Assembly: GCA_030704615.1 (NCBI GenBank)
Contig: CM060734.1
Location: 40,300,001-40,364,000 of the forward strand
Direction: 5' to 3'
Source of the DNA: Takakia lepidozioides
Taxonomy: Eukaryota; Plantae; Bryophyta
DNA length: 64,000 nucleotides
In this document: in pieces, positions 62,301 to 64,000 of the stretch
Layout: the number at the start of each line of letters is the position of its first letter
How positions within the stretch are numbered: the first letter of the stretch is position 1
Notes under the pieces: model-generated
Databases searched by the model: none
The model's input: only the letters and a program-made list of their open reading frames with translations
What the model was told of the DNA's origin: nothing
Position numbers and translations under genes: made by a program

Positions 62301-63313
62301 TGCATCTCCAGATGTTCGCAAAAGATTATGAAACTGCAAGCTCAATCATACACTTCAACAATCAAACACTTGGCTATGTCAAGACAATCAGTTCCAGAGA
62401 AAGGCTGAGATCTCTCAGAGAGACGGTCAGGCCTTATGTACTTAAGAAGAGTAGATTTATAAAGAACAGTGTAGTGTCACGATTGGAGGTGAGGTGCTAA
62501 GCAAACAAATGACTTCTGCCTATCCTGAGACATTAGGATATGTGGCATACCCATAGAGTTTCAGATATGAAGATTCTGTAAAAATGTCCTTCTGGTACAA
62601 CTGTAGGCATATGTCCCGGCTGCGCTGATAGACCTAACACAGTTAGCAATCACAGCATTCCACAAATTAAGGCAATGCCAATGGTATACCATTGATGGGC
62701 AGAACTATTGCTCACCTTCTCAGCACTCTCATCTGATAGCCAAACACAGGCCGCGATGTTTTGCTCTGCCATGATGCGACTACGAACTGACCATGATGTG
62801 ACTCTAAAACTTAGTTTTCAGGAAGACTCATTCATGGTACCTGGAGGCAGGGGTTGTTCACATCTCCTACAGCAGTCCGTGCTGAGACCAACAGTTCCTT
62901 GAGCATATCATGAATATATAATAGGTAGTGAGTGTCTTCCCTTGCATACCTGCCATGCCCACAGCCAAAAGAAGCAGGGAGTAAAGCGAAAGTGCACGGA
63001 GCCAACCACAGGGTGATTTAGGGTACAAATCCATCCACAAAGGGCTAGGAAAGCAGATGGGGAAGAAGAGTAATAAAAAAGGAAGCAACCAAAGTCAAGA
63101 CATAAACAGACATGGAGCACAGAAATACTAGACAATAAAACAGAGCACAATTTGGAAGACAACCAAAAACAGAGGATGAGGGGGCAATGGAAAGCAAAGG
63201 ACAGTAAGCAACATAAGGGATGCAAAATGAGGCAAAGATGTGGATGGCTAGAAATATTGCACTTGAGCATTTCAGATGGCAATGGCCGTATCCGCCAGTC
63301 TGCGAGCTGGTAC
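59349..63313 (-). CDS. RRP6-like (RRP6L2-type) exosome 3'-5' exoribonuclease, 3' part; 5' exons lie beyond the window
   Basis: Exons encode YQLADWRIRPLPSEMLK (~63264-63313), YAREDTHYLLYIHDML (~62841-62949), VYQRSRDICLQLYQKD (~62550-62634) and the HRDC motif GLYAWRDGMARREDESTGYVLPNQLL (~61752-61838). Long terminal exons end KRRQVFPQTGNRTATFRQ*. Confidence 0.88.
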
Positions 63314-64000
63314 CTGCCGCCTCACCCACACCACCAAGTTCCTTTGATGAGAACCAACGAAGAAGTCCAAGCTAGAAACTTTATCATTCTTATTCTTGTC
63401 AAAATACACAAAGGAGAAGCAACGAAGTTGGCAAAATAGATCTAAAACCAGGCCGTAAGACCAACCGTTTATCTGGGTGGACATCCAGGAAATGTTGTAA
63501 CAGAAAAGCGAGCCCAAACCCATCCATCTCCAATACCCTTGCTGCCTGTCCTCATCCAAACCACTCATCACAGAAATGCCTCATCACGTTTTAAAAATAC
63601 CTCTGAAATCAAAGCCATGTCATCTTGATGGTGCTTGAACATGAGGGGGAAAAAAAGGTTAATATTACATAACATATGAATGGTAAGTGACTTACCATTA
63701 ACACGATGTGGTAAGGCTAAAATTGTGTATGCGATCTGACTACAGCGCTCATCATCAGAAAAAAACTAAGGAAATATTTGTCCCACTTACCACATAGGGT
63801 GAGCATGTGGAAGACTCATATGCAACCATACAGAAATGGCAGGAAAACTTAGATGTAATGATGCAAGCATGCCATAAATGAATGAACTACTAACCTCCAC
63901 CCTCATACAAGCCAACAATTAAACAGAACCAAGGTCAATAGAAATCAGACACTAACTATTGATGTGTTTCGTTGAACTGTGTACACAAAAAGCTCAAACA

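Overview
Eukaryotic nuclear DNA from a land plant, probably a bryophyte (inferred from gene style and repeat types). Two intron-rich host genes flank a ~37 kb transposon-rich block. On the left is a KDM3/JMJ25(IBM1)-family JmjC demethylase (+, ~6.3-13.0 kb). On the right is the 3' part of an RRP6-like exosome nuclease (-, from 59.3 kb, continuing past the window). The block is a three-copy tandem array of a ~3.5 kb unit, each unit carrying a tail-to-tail inverted pair of decayed RING-H2 genes. Unit 2 holds a truncated non-LTR retroelement (chromodomain, PCIF1/CAPAM-like adenine-methyltransferase-like segment, RNase H, zinc knuckle, restriction-like endonuclease) and a gag-only Copia element. 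Unit 3 holds a 22 kb insertion: a Ty3/gypsy element whose pol frame reads protease, C5 DNA cytosine methyltransferase, RT, RNase H, integrase, PHD finger. That PHD finger is split by a 12.4 kb CACTA transposon whose TnpA-like gene appears fused to an FCP1/SCP-type HAD phosphatase domain. Apart from the Copia gag ORF, the transposon coding regions carry stops or frameshifts. All domain calls were made by eye from motifs; no database searches were run.
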